A stretch of DNA of 55,251 nucleotides from Polyangiaceae bacterium (GTDB taxonomy: Bacteria; Myxococcota_A; Polyangia; Polyangiales; Polyangiaceae): assembly GCA_036268695.1 (NCBI GenBank), contig DATATR010000302.1, positions 1 through 55,251 on the forward strand. Direction: 5' to 3'. Numbering within the stretch: the stretch's first letter is position 1; every line of letters begins with the position of its first letter. Below, piece by piece: positions 17,913 to 26,579 of the stretch. The position numbers and the translations under genes are program-made. The notes under the pieces are model-generated. The model was not told the origin of the DNA and did not search any database. It saw only the letters and a list, made by a program, of their open reading frames with translations.

Positions 17913-18605
17913 TCAATACGGGTCGGGCCAGCCCGATTGCATCGAGAACGTGGCGTAGTGCGACGTGATCGCGTCCACGTACATTTGCGCGCGCGCGTTG
18001 TACATGCCGCAGCCGAGCACGGCGTCGTTCCCCGAGTTGAACGCGCCGGCCGCCATCATGTTGTATTGGGCCGCGGTGCAACCCGGATACTTCTTTTGCA
18101 ATGCCTTGAGGCTGTCGGTGTCGGTTTGCACACCGGCGTCCAAGTTGATCGTCGGGTTGAACACGGAAGTCGCCCACAGAGCCGACGTCATGTCTTGATC
18201 GAGATTAGGGTGACCGTTGGCGAGCAGGGCGGCCGTGGCTTCGCCGCAGGCCGGCGTAGTTTGAATCAAGCCGAACGACTTCGACTCCATGTCCGTCCAT
18301 CCTTGCGGATCACCGCACGGGCTGTCGCCGCTGATCGCGAGCACATTGAAGCTCGATTCCTGCTGGATTTGCGATTTGACGATCATCGGATCCGGCATGC
18401 CGTATTTGGTGCACACCGCAAGGATCTCGCAATCGTAGGTGTCTTGTTTCGTCTTGCCGGTTTTGAGTGGATCCACTGCGGGGCAGCTACCGGCACCGCC
18501 ACTGCTGCTGCCGGCGGTGCCCATGTTTCCAGCACTTCCGTTCGCACCTCCGGCGCCGCTCGTGTTGTTCGAGCCCGCGCTGCTCGTGTTCGAATTTGCT
18601 CGCAT
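17913..18605 (-). CDS. Lysozyme-like/SLT transglycosylase domain protein, possibly 5'-truncated
   Basis: QQESSFN, SFGLIQ, FNP.IN and AFNSG motifs. The ORF opens with a Gly/Ser tether but has no signal peptide. Confidence 0.7.
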   Translation of the reverse strand: MRANSNTSSAGSNNTSGAGGANGSAGNMGTAGSSSGGAGSCPAVDPLKTGKTKQDTYDCEILAVCTKYGMPDPMIVKSQIQQESSFNVLAISGDSPCGDPQGWTDMESKSFGLIQTTPACGEATAALLANGHPNLDQDMTSALWATSVFNPTINLDAGVQTDTDSLKALQKKYPGCTAAQYNMMAAGAFNSGNDAVLGCGMYNARAQMYVDAITSHYATFSMQSGWPDPY

Positions 18606-19125
18606 GAATTGCGCGATTCGCTATTTTTTATGGCTAGTTCTATTCATTCTTCAGCTTTCGTCCCTCGCTGCGCGAAGCGAACGCGCGTGACCCGCATCAT
18701 TGTTAGGGGAAGTGCGAAGTCGATTGGTTTGAGCGCATACGGCCTGTGAGCGAGATCGCTATTGCGCGTAAGCAAGAGGCGAAGTCCGACACCCGCGTGC
18801 GCGCGAGTTCAGAGGAATTCAACATTCCAGCTGAGCGCGTTATTTAGCGACAAAGCTGGGCGCTCTGCGCGCGCCGACACATCGTCGTTCGTCATGTGAG
18901 CGCCATCGAACTCAATGCGTGCAACGCAGTTTGCACAGTGCGCACTCTCACGAGGTATCGAATTTGACGAGAAGGGGTGTCGAGCGATCGTGCGCTCCGT
19001 GCCTGTCAGAAAATTCGCGCGCGGAGGGGCAAATTCGTCTCATTGGTAGCGAAATGAATATTTTTGAACATGCTTTTTTAACGAATCGTTGAGCCGGGCC
19101 ATGGGTTCCCCAACACAGATTCTAC

Positions 19126-19671
19126 GTGAATGGGTTCGCACCAATTCGTGTGCGCTGCCATCCGCACGACGGCGAGCCTTTGCGCTCGGCGAAGACGGAG
19201 CAGACTGCCGCGGCCGAAGCGTTCCGCCTCTACGGGCGTTACGTCGCGGCGATGGCTTACCGCGTGCTGCGTCAGAAAGACGACGTCGATGACGTGGTGC
19301 AGGAGGTTTTCTTGGACGCGATCCGCGGTCTCGATCGACTGCGCGATCAACAATCGATTCGCGCCTGGCTCACGGTCGTGACTTTGCGCTTGGCGCGGAA
19401 AAAACTACGGAGTCGCGTGCTGCTCTCGATCAATGCCGAGAGCGACGAGTACGAGCAAGTGCCGGCGAGTGGTTTCGATCCGGAGGAGCACCTGCGACTG
19501 ACTTGGGTCGCGAGCATCCTGGAGAGTCTGCCCAGCGACGTTCAGAGGCCCTGGATCTTGCACTGTATGGAAGGTCTCGGCTTGCCCGAGGTCGCGCGGA
19601 CTTGTGCTTGTTCGGTCACGACCGCCAAGCGCCGGATCGCGTTCGTGCGCGCGCGCATCGCCCGCGCCTAG
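19126..19671 (+). CDS. ECF RNA polymerase sigma factor
   Basis: DDVVQEVF and AWL region-2 motifs, plus a region-4 HTH (EVA....S..TAKRRI). Start uncertain. Confidence 0.85.
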   Translation: MNGFAPIRVRCHPHDGEPLRSAKTEQTAAAEAFRLYGRYVAAMAYRVLRQKDDVDDVVQEVFLDAIRGLDRLRDQQSIRAWLTVVTLRLARKKLRSRVLLSINAESDEYEQVPASGFDPEEHLRLTWVASILESLPSDVQRPWILHCMEGLGLPEVARTCACSVTTAKRRIAFVRARIARA

Positions 19672-19717
19672 TTCAACCAGCGGAAACACGGCGTTTTCCA
19701 CAATAACAGGAGCATCC

Positions 19718-20965
19718 ATGAAACTCGGTCAATCGTTCCAATTCACGGCTCGGTGCGCGCTTCCGCTCGGCGCGCTGGGACTCGTCATGCTCCCCAGTTT
19801 GGGTTGCTCGGCGACTTCCCAGGGTGAAGACGGCGCAAGCAGTACGAGCGAAGCCGTCGTGAACGTCAGCTTCAGCAACCCAATCGCCGGGCTGAGCGCG
19901 GCCGAGCTCGCTCGTTTCAACGCCGGCCTCGCTGTCTTCACCGAAGTCGAAGGGCCCGAGGACGGACTCGGCCCGATCTTCAACGAAGCGTCCTGCGCGA
20001 CGTGTCACGGCGTGGGCGGACCGGGCGGCGGCAGCACGCGTGTGGAGACGCGCTTCGGCAATACCGTGAACGGCGTGTTCGATCCGCTGACCGCCAAGGG
20101 CGGATCTTTGATTCAAGATCACAGCATCGGCAACGCAACCTGCTCTTGGATCGGTTTCGACTCGGTGCCGGCCAACGCCAACACGCTCGCGCAACGTCGC
20201 ACGACGCCGCTGTTCGGATTGGGCTTGGTCGACGCGACGCCGGACTCGACGTTTCAAAACCTGGCCGCGTCCGAAGCGGCGAGTAGTCCTTCGACTGCGG
20301 GGCGCGTGAACTTGGTTACGAACCTCAGCACCGGTGCGACCGTCGTGGGTCGATTTGGCTGGAAATCCCAGGTGCCGACGCTGTTCCAGTTCTCGGGCGA
20401 CGCGTATCTGAACGAGATGGGCGTCACCAGCCCACAATTCCCGGTCGAGAATTGCCCGAACGGCGACTGTTCGCTGATGGCCGCGTGCAACCCCAGACCC
20501 GATTTGAACGACGACGGCGGTGACGTCACGGCGTTCAACGATTTCATGCGCATGCTCGCGGCACCGCCGCGCGGCACCATCAACGCGACGGTCACCGCGG
20601 GCGAAGCCGTGTTCAACAGCATCGGTTGCGCGAATTGTCACGTCGGGACGCTCACGTCCGGCGCGAGCCCGATTGCCGCGCTGGCCAACAAGACATATCA
20701 CCCGTATTCCGATTTCTTGCTCCACGACATGGGCACTTCGGGTGACGGCATCGGCGCGATGGGTCGCGCGACGACGACCGAGATGCGCACCGCGCCGCTC
20801 TGGGGCCTGCGCGGGATCTCGACCTTCTTGCACGGCGGCAACGCAATCTCCATCTCGGAGGCGATCGCGCGCCATCGCGGCCAAGCGAACGCGGCCGCGA
20901 CACGCTTCAACAACCTGAGCAGCACGCAAAACACGCAGCTACTCGCGTTCCTGAATTCGCTGTAG
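19718..20965 (+). CDS. Di-heme oxidoreductase (DHOR) family lipoprotein
   Basis: AGGAG RBS, lipobox SLGC, GLGPIFN..SCATCH, GRFGWK, NEMGVTS, GCANCH, YSDFLLHDMG and RTAPLWG motifs. Confidence 0.92.
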   Translation: MKLGQSFQFTARCALPLGALGLVMLPSLGCSATSQGEDGASSTSEAVVNVSFSNPIAGLSAAELARFNAGLAVFTEVEGPEDGLGPIFNEASCATCHGVGGPGGGSTRVETRFGNTVNGVFDPLTAKGGSLIQDHSIGNATCSWIGFDSVPANANTLAQRRTTPLFGLGLVDATPDSTFQNLAASEAASSPSTAGRVNLVTNLSTGATVVGRFGWKSQVPTLFQFSGDAYLNEMGVTSPQFPVENCPNGDCSLMAACNPRPDLNDDGGDVTAFNDFMRMLAAPPRGTINATVTAGEAVFNSIGCANCHVGTLTSGASPIAALANKTYHPYSDFLLHDMGTSGDGIGAMGRATTTEMRTAPLWGLRGISTFLHGGNAISISEAIARHRGQANAAATRFNNLSSTQNTQLLAFLNSL

Positions 20966-20971
20966 CGGGAA

Positions 20972-22057
20972 TCAGTCGAACCCGGCTAGGCGCCGCGCCA
21001 GCGCTTCGACGCGCAAAATCGCGTTGAAGTTGCTGGTGCGGTGCGCGTAGTCCATCGCGGCGAACAAATGCGTCTGCTCGAGCTCGAGCCTTTCCGGCGA
21101 ATTCTCGAGCAAGCTCATGTAGTGTTCGAACACGACTTCGGGCGAAAGTTCGGTGCGAGGCGTGAGCGCATAGCGCACGACCGCGTGCAACGTGAAGCGA
21201 TCCTTGACCGGTTCTTGCACGAGCCGCCAAGCAAGCAGCGGCTCGAGCGCGGGTTCGAGCTTGCCGCGGATACCGGCCAGTTTGCCGAGCGACGCCCGAT
21301 CGACGTGATCGCCTTCGATGTGCGCGAGCACTCCGAGGATGCGGCGACTCGACGTGCCGAGTCGCTGCCAGGCCCACTCGACCAGAAATGCGATCTCCGG
21401 CAAGTCGTCTTCGTGGGCGATTGCGCGCACACGGCCGACCCCGCGCTGCTCCAAAAAATCAGCGAGCTCCGCTACTGAAGCGGCGTGTGAAGCGACGATG
21501 CCGTCGGCGATGTCCAGCGCTAGCGGGTTCCAGCGCAGCCTGCGCGTGAGCTTCGAAACACGAGGAAATGCGCTCTGGCCCGCGGTCACGAGCGGCGCTA
21601 CGACCGGATAAATCAAGACGCCTGCAAGCAAGCAGCGCCGCGCAGTAATCACGAACGTTACGGGCGCGTCCGCAAATGCATCGAGCAGGCGTGACATGGC
21701 GCGATCGTCTTCGTGGTTGTCGAGTACGATCAGGCGCGAGCCCTCGCGCTCGAAGAACGCATTCAGCCGCTCGACGCGCTCGTCCCCGCCGGGTACGCCG
21801 AAGCGAAGCGCGAGCATCTCCGTCAGCGTGTAGTAGTCCCACGCGCCGACGCGAAACCAGGACACGCGTCGCTCGAAGAAATTCGCCAAGCGGTGGGCGA
21901 GCGCGCTCGCGAGCATCGATTTGCCGCTGCCGCCCGAGCCGACCAATGCGAGCCGCGCCGGCGCCGTCTGTTCGATCGTCCTCGAGAGCGTATCGAGTTC
22001 GATCGCGCGCCCTTTGAGGCCGCGCGGCGGTGGCGGAAGATCGAGCGGCCTTACCAT
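20972..22057 (-). CDS. Stand-alone STAND/NB-ARC-type ATPase
   Basis: LP......GR..EL start, Walker A GSGGSGKS, Walker B LIVLDN, VITAR sensor, PLAL motif and a winged-helix end (RFTLHAVVR). Confidence 0.82.
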   Translation of the reverse strand: MVRPLDLPPPPRGLKGRAIELDTLSRTIEQTAPARLALVGSGGSGKSMLASALAHRLANFFERRVSWFRVGAWDYYTLTEMLALRFGVPGGDERVERLNAFFEREGSRLIVLDNHEDDRAMSRLLDAFADAPVTFVITARRCLLAGVLIYPVVAPLVTAGQSAFPRVSKLTRRLRWNPLALDIADGIVASHAASVAELADFLEQRGVGRVRAIAHEDDLPEIAFLVEWAWQRLGTSSRRILGVLAHIEGDHVDRASLGKLAGIRGKLEPALEPLLAWRLVQEPVKDRFTLHAVVRYALTPRTELSPEVVFEHYMSLLENSPERLELEQTHLFAAMDYAHRTSNFNAILRVEALARRLAGFD

Positions 22058-22104
22058 GCGCGGCCGAGCCTACCCGACAAATTCGCGAGCAGAGCCAGCG
22101 CGAA

Positions 22105-22917
22105 TCACGCGCGGATGCGCCGCAGCAAAATCGCGGCTTTCTCTTCCAAGATGCGAAAGGTAAAGCTTTCGGTCAGGTAAAGTTCGACGTTCGTGCGATC
22201 GTGTGCGGTGTAGCCGATCGAGAAATCCTGGCCCACGCTGATTTCGTAATCGCCGCCGCGGGTCGAGAGCAAGACAGCGCCTTCTTTCAGCGCAGGCGCC
22301 CAAATCAACGACCCCTCTTCGACGCGCTCGTCGAGGCGTTTGCGGATCGGATAGCCGTCATCGCCGTCCGCGGTGAGCTCGTCGTAGGCTTCTGGCCCGA
22401 GGGCGAGCGCGTACGGGCCGTTCACGCCGGCCATGCGCAGCACGCGCTTTGCGGCGCTGACCGCGACAGGCCAGGCTTGCGCCGAGCGCACTTCGACCGG
22501 CGTGTGCGGGCTGGCTTCGATGATGCCGGTGATTTTTCCGTCCGGGAAACCGTGGAAGATCGCGTCGTCTTCAGCGCGCGCGATGCGCTCGGCGGCGAAG
22601 ATCACCGGATCCAAGTCGAGATCATTGGCGCCACGCCCCGCATAATCGAGCTCGAGAATCGGTAGCGTGATCGGTGCGCGCAGCTCCACGAGCGGCTTCA
22701 CTTCGCGGATCGCGTGGGCCACATTTTCGACGGGGCCTTTCTCGATGTGCCTCAAGCGACCGGTGTTCACGCCGCCGTATTGCCAGCCGTGTGGACCGGA
22801 GAAATCGACGAGCTTGCGAGCGGCGAGGTGCAGCTTGAGCACGCGCCGAGCTTCTTCGTCGATCTGCTGCCACGCTTCGTCGACGATGGGAGCTTTCTGA
22901 CGCTTGAGCAGATCCAT
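22105..22917 (-). CDS. Family 1 encapsulin shell protein (linocin M18 type)
   Basis: MDLLKR..API...AW..IDEEA, RKLVDFSGP.G, RGGDYE..VGQDFSIGY and LY.TESFTF motifs. TGATG overlap with the cargo gene. Confidence 0.96.
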   Translation of the reverse strand: MDLLKRQKAPIVDEAWQQIDEEARRVLKLHLAARKLVDFSGPHGWQYGGVNTGRLRHIEKGPVENVAHAIREVKPLVELRAPITLPILELDYAGRGANDLDLDPVIFAAERIARAEDDAIFHGFPDGKITGIIEASPHTPVEVRSAQAWPVAVSAAKRVLRMAGVNGPYALALGPEAYDELTADGDDGYPIRKRLDERVEEGSLIWAPALKEGAVLLSTRGGDYEISVGQDFSIGYTAHDRTNVELYLTESFTFRILEEKAAILLRRIRA

Positions 22918-23300
22918 CACTTCATTCCTTTCAAGCTACCGATGCCGAGCGAAGGTGAGTTGCCACTCGCCGAACCGGTCGATGCCTCGCCGCCACCCGA
23001 AGTCATTTTCTCCTCGACCTCGGTGACCGGCCCGGTCGACTGGAGATACATGTCGATGTTCGCGGAAAAATTCGGGTTCGTGCGCCGCAGCCACTCGAGC
23101 GTCATCATTGCGTGCTCGATTTCCTCGTTCTTGTTGTGAAGGAGGATCGCGCGGAGTTCGTCGTCGCTGCAGGCTTCCGCGCGCTGCTGATACCAATCGA
23201 TCGCCTCGAGCTCTTCCTTGAGCGAAACGATCGCACGATGCGTGTTCTTGGTTCCTTCGGATAGAAGCTCGAGGGGCTCGTGATAGCTCTCGCTACTCAT
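22917..23300 (-). CDS. Encapsulated ferritin-like protein (EncFtn/Flp cargo)
   Basis: Start re-set to ATG 23300. HEP, HRAI.SL.EELEAIDWYQQR and HN..EE.EHAMM.LEWLRR motifs. C-terminal targeting peptide SLGIGSL. Confidence 0.95.
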   Translation of the reverse strand: MSSESYHEPLELLSEGTKNTHRAIVSLKEELEAIDWYQQRAEACSDDELRAILLHNKNEEIEHAMMTLEWLRRTNPNFSANIDMYLQSTGPVTEVEEKMTSGGGEASTGSASGNSPSLGIGSLKGMK

Positions 23301-23381
23301 GGCGGGAAACATAGCCGAGGCAGCGCGTTCGACGGTATGCGTTTGTGTGCCCGCCCCGCTGAGACGCAATTTGTGGCGTTC

Positions 23382-23797
23382 ATGCGAGATTCGTGGAAAT
23401 TCGCTGATCGATTGCGTGTGTGGCTCGCGATATTCAGCGTGAGATTCGCTGCCGGTTCGCTCGTCGTGACGCTCGCGGTCGTGTGTTCCGGCTCTCGGTC
23501 CGACGGTGGTAAGCAGAGTTCAGCCCTCGGAAACAGCTTCGCAATGGGTGGCGTGCCGGCCGGAGCAAGCCCATTCACAGGCAGCGGCGGCATCCGCGGA
23601 CAAGCCGGTCGGCATTGACGGCACGAACTCGTCGAATCGCAGCGGGACGAGCAACGCGGAGCGGCAACGCGGACACGCTCACGCTTTCGCGTCGCAGAGG
23701 CGAGCAACGGCATCGTCGAAGTCGGGCCGATCACGTTCGACACGGAGACGAGAACCTCGCGCTATTCGTGTTCGACAGCCCGCCGGCGGATGGTTGA
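23382..23797 (+). pseudogene. Possible decayed lipoprotein gene
   Basis: Signal-like segment ending LAVVC plus a Gly/Ser linker that stops at 23618. Short protein-like fragments continue in other frames (NGIVEVGPITFD, DENLALFVFDSPP). Confidence 0.3.
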
Positions 23798-24000
23798 GCA
23801 GCGGTCATCCGAATGGAGCAACGCGTGCGATCATTGGCGAGGCGTGCTCGAAGCAGCGCTCAGCCAAAGATCTCGGCTGGTAGCGAAAGACGCCTGAATG
23901 AGTGTGGCAGCTTAGGCGAACTGTGTAAGTTTGTGTAGTTCAGCACTGGTCATTGCTTCCGGATTGCCTGATTCGCCGAGGGCGGCGAACATCTTGCCCA

Positions 24001-25287
24001 ATGCGTTCGTGGCTATTTTGCCTGGCGTGGGGCTCGGCGACCCTTGTCACGGTCTCGTCCTCGGCACAGGAACTCTCGCTCGAGACGGTGGTGAAAATCG
24101 CGCTTACCCGCAATGAGCGGGCGGAAATCGCCGCGCAATCGGTGGTGATCGCGGACGCGGGCGTGATCAAGGCGCGCGCCGCGTTTCTCCCGACGCTGAG
24201 CATGGCTGCGGGCGAAACATTGCGCCCGCAAGCGCTCACTCAAAACGGCCGCACGGTCGTGCGAGACAACGCGGGCACGGCTTCGCTCACGCTCTCGCAA
24301 TCGCTGTTCAACGCGACTTCGTTTCCGCTCTACGCGAGCGCGAAGCACAACTACGAGGCCGCGCGTTACACCCACCTCGACCAGCGACGACAGCTGGCGT
24401 TCGACGCGGCGCGCGCGTTCTTCGCCGTGATCGCGCAGCAGCGCGTGCTGAAGGCCGCCCAGAGCCGGCTCGATTTGGCGAACGCCACGCTCGACGACAC
24501 CCGCGTGCGCGCCGGCGCAGGCCTCACCAGTAGCAATGACGTGACGCGCGCAGAGATCGATCGCGCTTCGGCCGATCAGAGCTCGATCAACGCGGACGAT
24601 TCGCTGGAGGCTGCGCGGCTCGGTTTGGAATTTTTGATCGCGACGCCAACCGAGATTCAAACCGATCTCACGGGCCCGAGCCAGAGCCTCGCCCCGGCGG
24701 ATCTGAGGTTGGCTGGCCTCGTCAACTTGGCGATCGCGACGCGACCGGATTTGGCATCGCTGCGCGAGGCGGCCGTGTCCGCTGCAGACGCCGCCGATGA
24801 ACCGGATTTGCGCTTCGTGCCGACCTTGAGCGCGACCGCGCAAGCGCGCGCCGCGGATCAACCGATCGCCGCGACTCGCTATTACGACACGACGCTCGGG
24901 ATCAACTTCAATTGGACGATTTGGGATGGCGGCTCGCGCAGCGCGGACAGCCAATCGCGCGGCGCCCAGCGCGTGCAAGCGGAGCTTCAGCTGCGCTCAC
25001 TCGCGCGCAAAGTCGAAATCGACGTGCGCACGTCGCTCGCCGAGCTGAGCGCGGCGCGCAACTCGCTCGTCGCCGCGCAGCAAGGTGAAGACGCCGCCGA
25101 TCGCAGTGCAGCGGAAACCGCGGTGCTCTACAAACAAGGCCTGGCCAAGGCGATCGAGCTCGTGGATGGCAACTCGACCAAGTTCGACGCCGAAGTCACG
25201 GTCGCCGCGGCCGAGCTCAGCGTGCGCCAAGCGGAGCTCGATTTGCGCGCCTCGCTCGGCCTTTTTCCTCTCGACGGAGTGCAATGA
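24001..25287 (+). CDS. TolC family outer membrane efflux protein
   Basis: Signal peptide, ARAAFLPTLS, two helical OEP-like repeats and YKQGL. ATGA overlap with the adaptor gene. Confidence 0.9.
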   Translation: MRSWLFCLAWGSATLVTVSSSAQELSLETVVKIALTRNERAEIAAQSVVIADAGVIKARAAFLPTLSMAAGETLRPQALTQNGRTVVRDNAGTASLTLSQSLFNATSFPLYASAKHNYEAARYTHLDQRRQLAFDAARAFFAVIAQQRVLKAAQSRLDLANATLDDTRVRAGAGLTSSNDVTRAEIDRASADQSSINADDSLEAARLGLEFLIATPTEIQTDLTGPSQSLAPADLRLAGLVNLAIATRPDLASLREAAVSAADAADEPDLRFVPTLSATAQARAADQPIAATRYYDTTLGINFNWTIWDGGSRSADSQSRGAQRVQAELQLRSLARKVEIDVRTSLAELSAARNSLVAAQQGEDAADRSAAETAVLYKQGLAKAIELVDGNSTKFDAEVTVAAAELSVRQAELDLRASLGLFPLDGVQ

Positions 25288-26579
25288 TTCGCCGTTCTTC
25301 ATCGCTGGTCGTGTGTTTGGTTGGGTTTGCCTTGCTCAGCGCGTGCTCGAAAAAGCAGGCGACGGAGGCGCCCGCGGGCGGCAAACGCGGAGGCGGCAAA
25401 GGCCTCGCGTTCCCAGTCGAAGTGAGCAAAGTCACGGCCGACCCGCACGTCGTCGATGTGCAAGCGCCGGGCGTGGTGGACGCGTTCGAACACGTGCAAA
25501 TCACCGCGCGCGTCGCCGGCGTGGTCGACAAAGTGACGTTCGTCGAAGGCCAAGACGTCAAAGTCGGTCAAGTGATGGCTTACATCGACAGCCGTCGCTA
25601 CGCGCTCAGCGTGACCTCGGCCAAGGCCGCAGTCGAAGGCGCCGAAGCCGCCCAAGCCGACGCGCAAGCCGCGCTCGATCGCCGCACCGGCGCGAGTCAG
25701 GCGAATCCCGGCGTGATCGCGGCCGAAGAAGTCGAGACCTATCAAACCAAACTGCGCACGGCGCAAGCCAGCGTCGATCAAGCCAAAGAGGCGCTCAAAC
25801 TCGCGCAGCTCAACCTCGATGACTCGAGCCTGAAGACGCCGGTCGCCGGTACCGTGCAAACGCGCAGCGTGGAGACCGGCCAGTACGTCCAAGCCGGCAC
25901 CGTGGTCGCGACGCTGCTCCAGCGCGATCCGATGCTCTTGCACTTCAACGTGACCACGTCGGAGGCGCCGCGGCTCAAAGTCGACATGCCGGTCGATTTC
26001 ACGCTGAAGGACAGCCAGCAAAAGTACACCGGAAAAATCACGCTCGTCGGCGGCTCGGCGGACGCAGATTCGCGCCTCGTGCCGATGACCGCGCAGATCG
26101 ATACACCGGCGAATCATCAATTTTGGCTGCGCCCGGGATCGTTCGCGCAAGTCGAAGTGAAGCTGCCCTCGACGAAATCGTTCCCGATGATCCCGCAGAC
26201 CGCGGCGCGCCCGAGCGAGCGCGGATTTTTGGCTTACGTCGTCACGGGCGATGTCGCGCACGAGCACACGCTCGAGCTCGGCTTGCACACGCCGGACGGC
26301 ATGGTCGAAGTCAAGACCGGGCTGAACGCGGGCGACATGCTGGTCACGCGCGGCGTCGAAGCTTTGAGCGACGGCGCGAAAGTCAAAATCGTGACCTCGA
26401 TGCCGCCCGGCACGTACAGCGAGCCGGCGGGCGACGCGGGCGCTCTGCCGGGCGCCGCCAGCGCGGCACCCGCGGGTAGCTCCGTGCCCGCGGCTAGCGG
26501 TGCCGCCGATGGCCAAAAACCCCACAAACACCGCGACGGTGGCGCGCCGTCTTCGCCGGTCGCGGCGGGTGAGCCGTGA
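25284..26579 (+). CDS. RND efflux periplasmic adaptor (MFP) lipoprotein
   Basis: Lipobox LSAC, ARVAG.V..V.F.EGQ.VK.GQ lipoyl half, helical hairpin, P..G.V, LRPG and V..GL..GD motifs. Confidence 0.93.
   Translation: MIRRSSSLVVCLVGFALLSACSKKQATEAPAGGKRGGGKGLAFPVEVSKVTADPHVVDVQAPGVVDAFEHVQITARVAGVVDKVTFVEGQDVKVGQVMAYIDSRRYALSVTSAKAAVEGAEAAQADAQAALDRRTGASQANPGVIAAEEVETYQTKLRTAQASVDQAKEALKLAQLNLDDSSLKTPVAGTVQTRSVETGQYVQAGTVVATLLQRDPMLLHFNVTTSEAPRLKVDMPVDFTLKDSQQKYTGKITLVGGSADADSRLVPMTAQIDTPANHQFWLRPGSFAQVEVKLPSTKSFPMIPQTAARPSERGFLAYVVTGDVAHEHTLELGLHTPDGMVEVKTGLNAGDMLVTRGVEALSDGAKVKIVTSMPPGTYSEPAGDAGALPGAASAAPAGSSVPAASGAADGQKPHKHRDGGAPSSPVAAGEP

Noticed and set aside
18606-19125. Long lower-GC intergenic region as an RNA gene or IS remnant
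   Set aside because: No tRNA cloverleaf, terminal inverted repeats or convincing stems were found by eye. It is probably a divergent promoter region.
22105-22917. Phage capsid or prophage
   Set aside because: The sequence matches family 1 encapsulin with a cargo gene, and no phage genes lie nearby.
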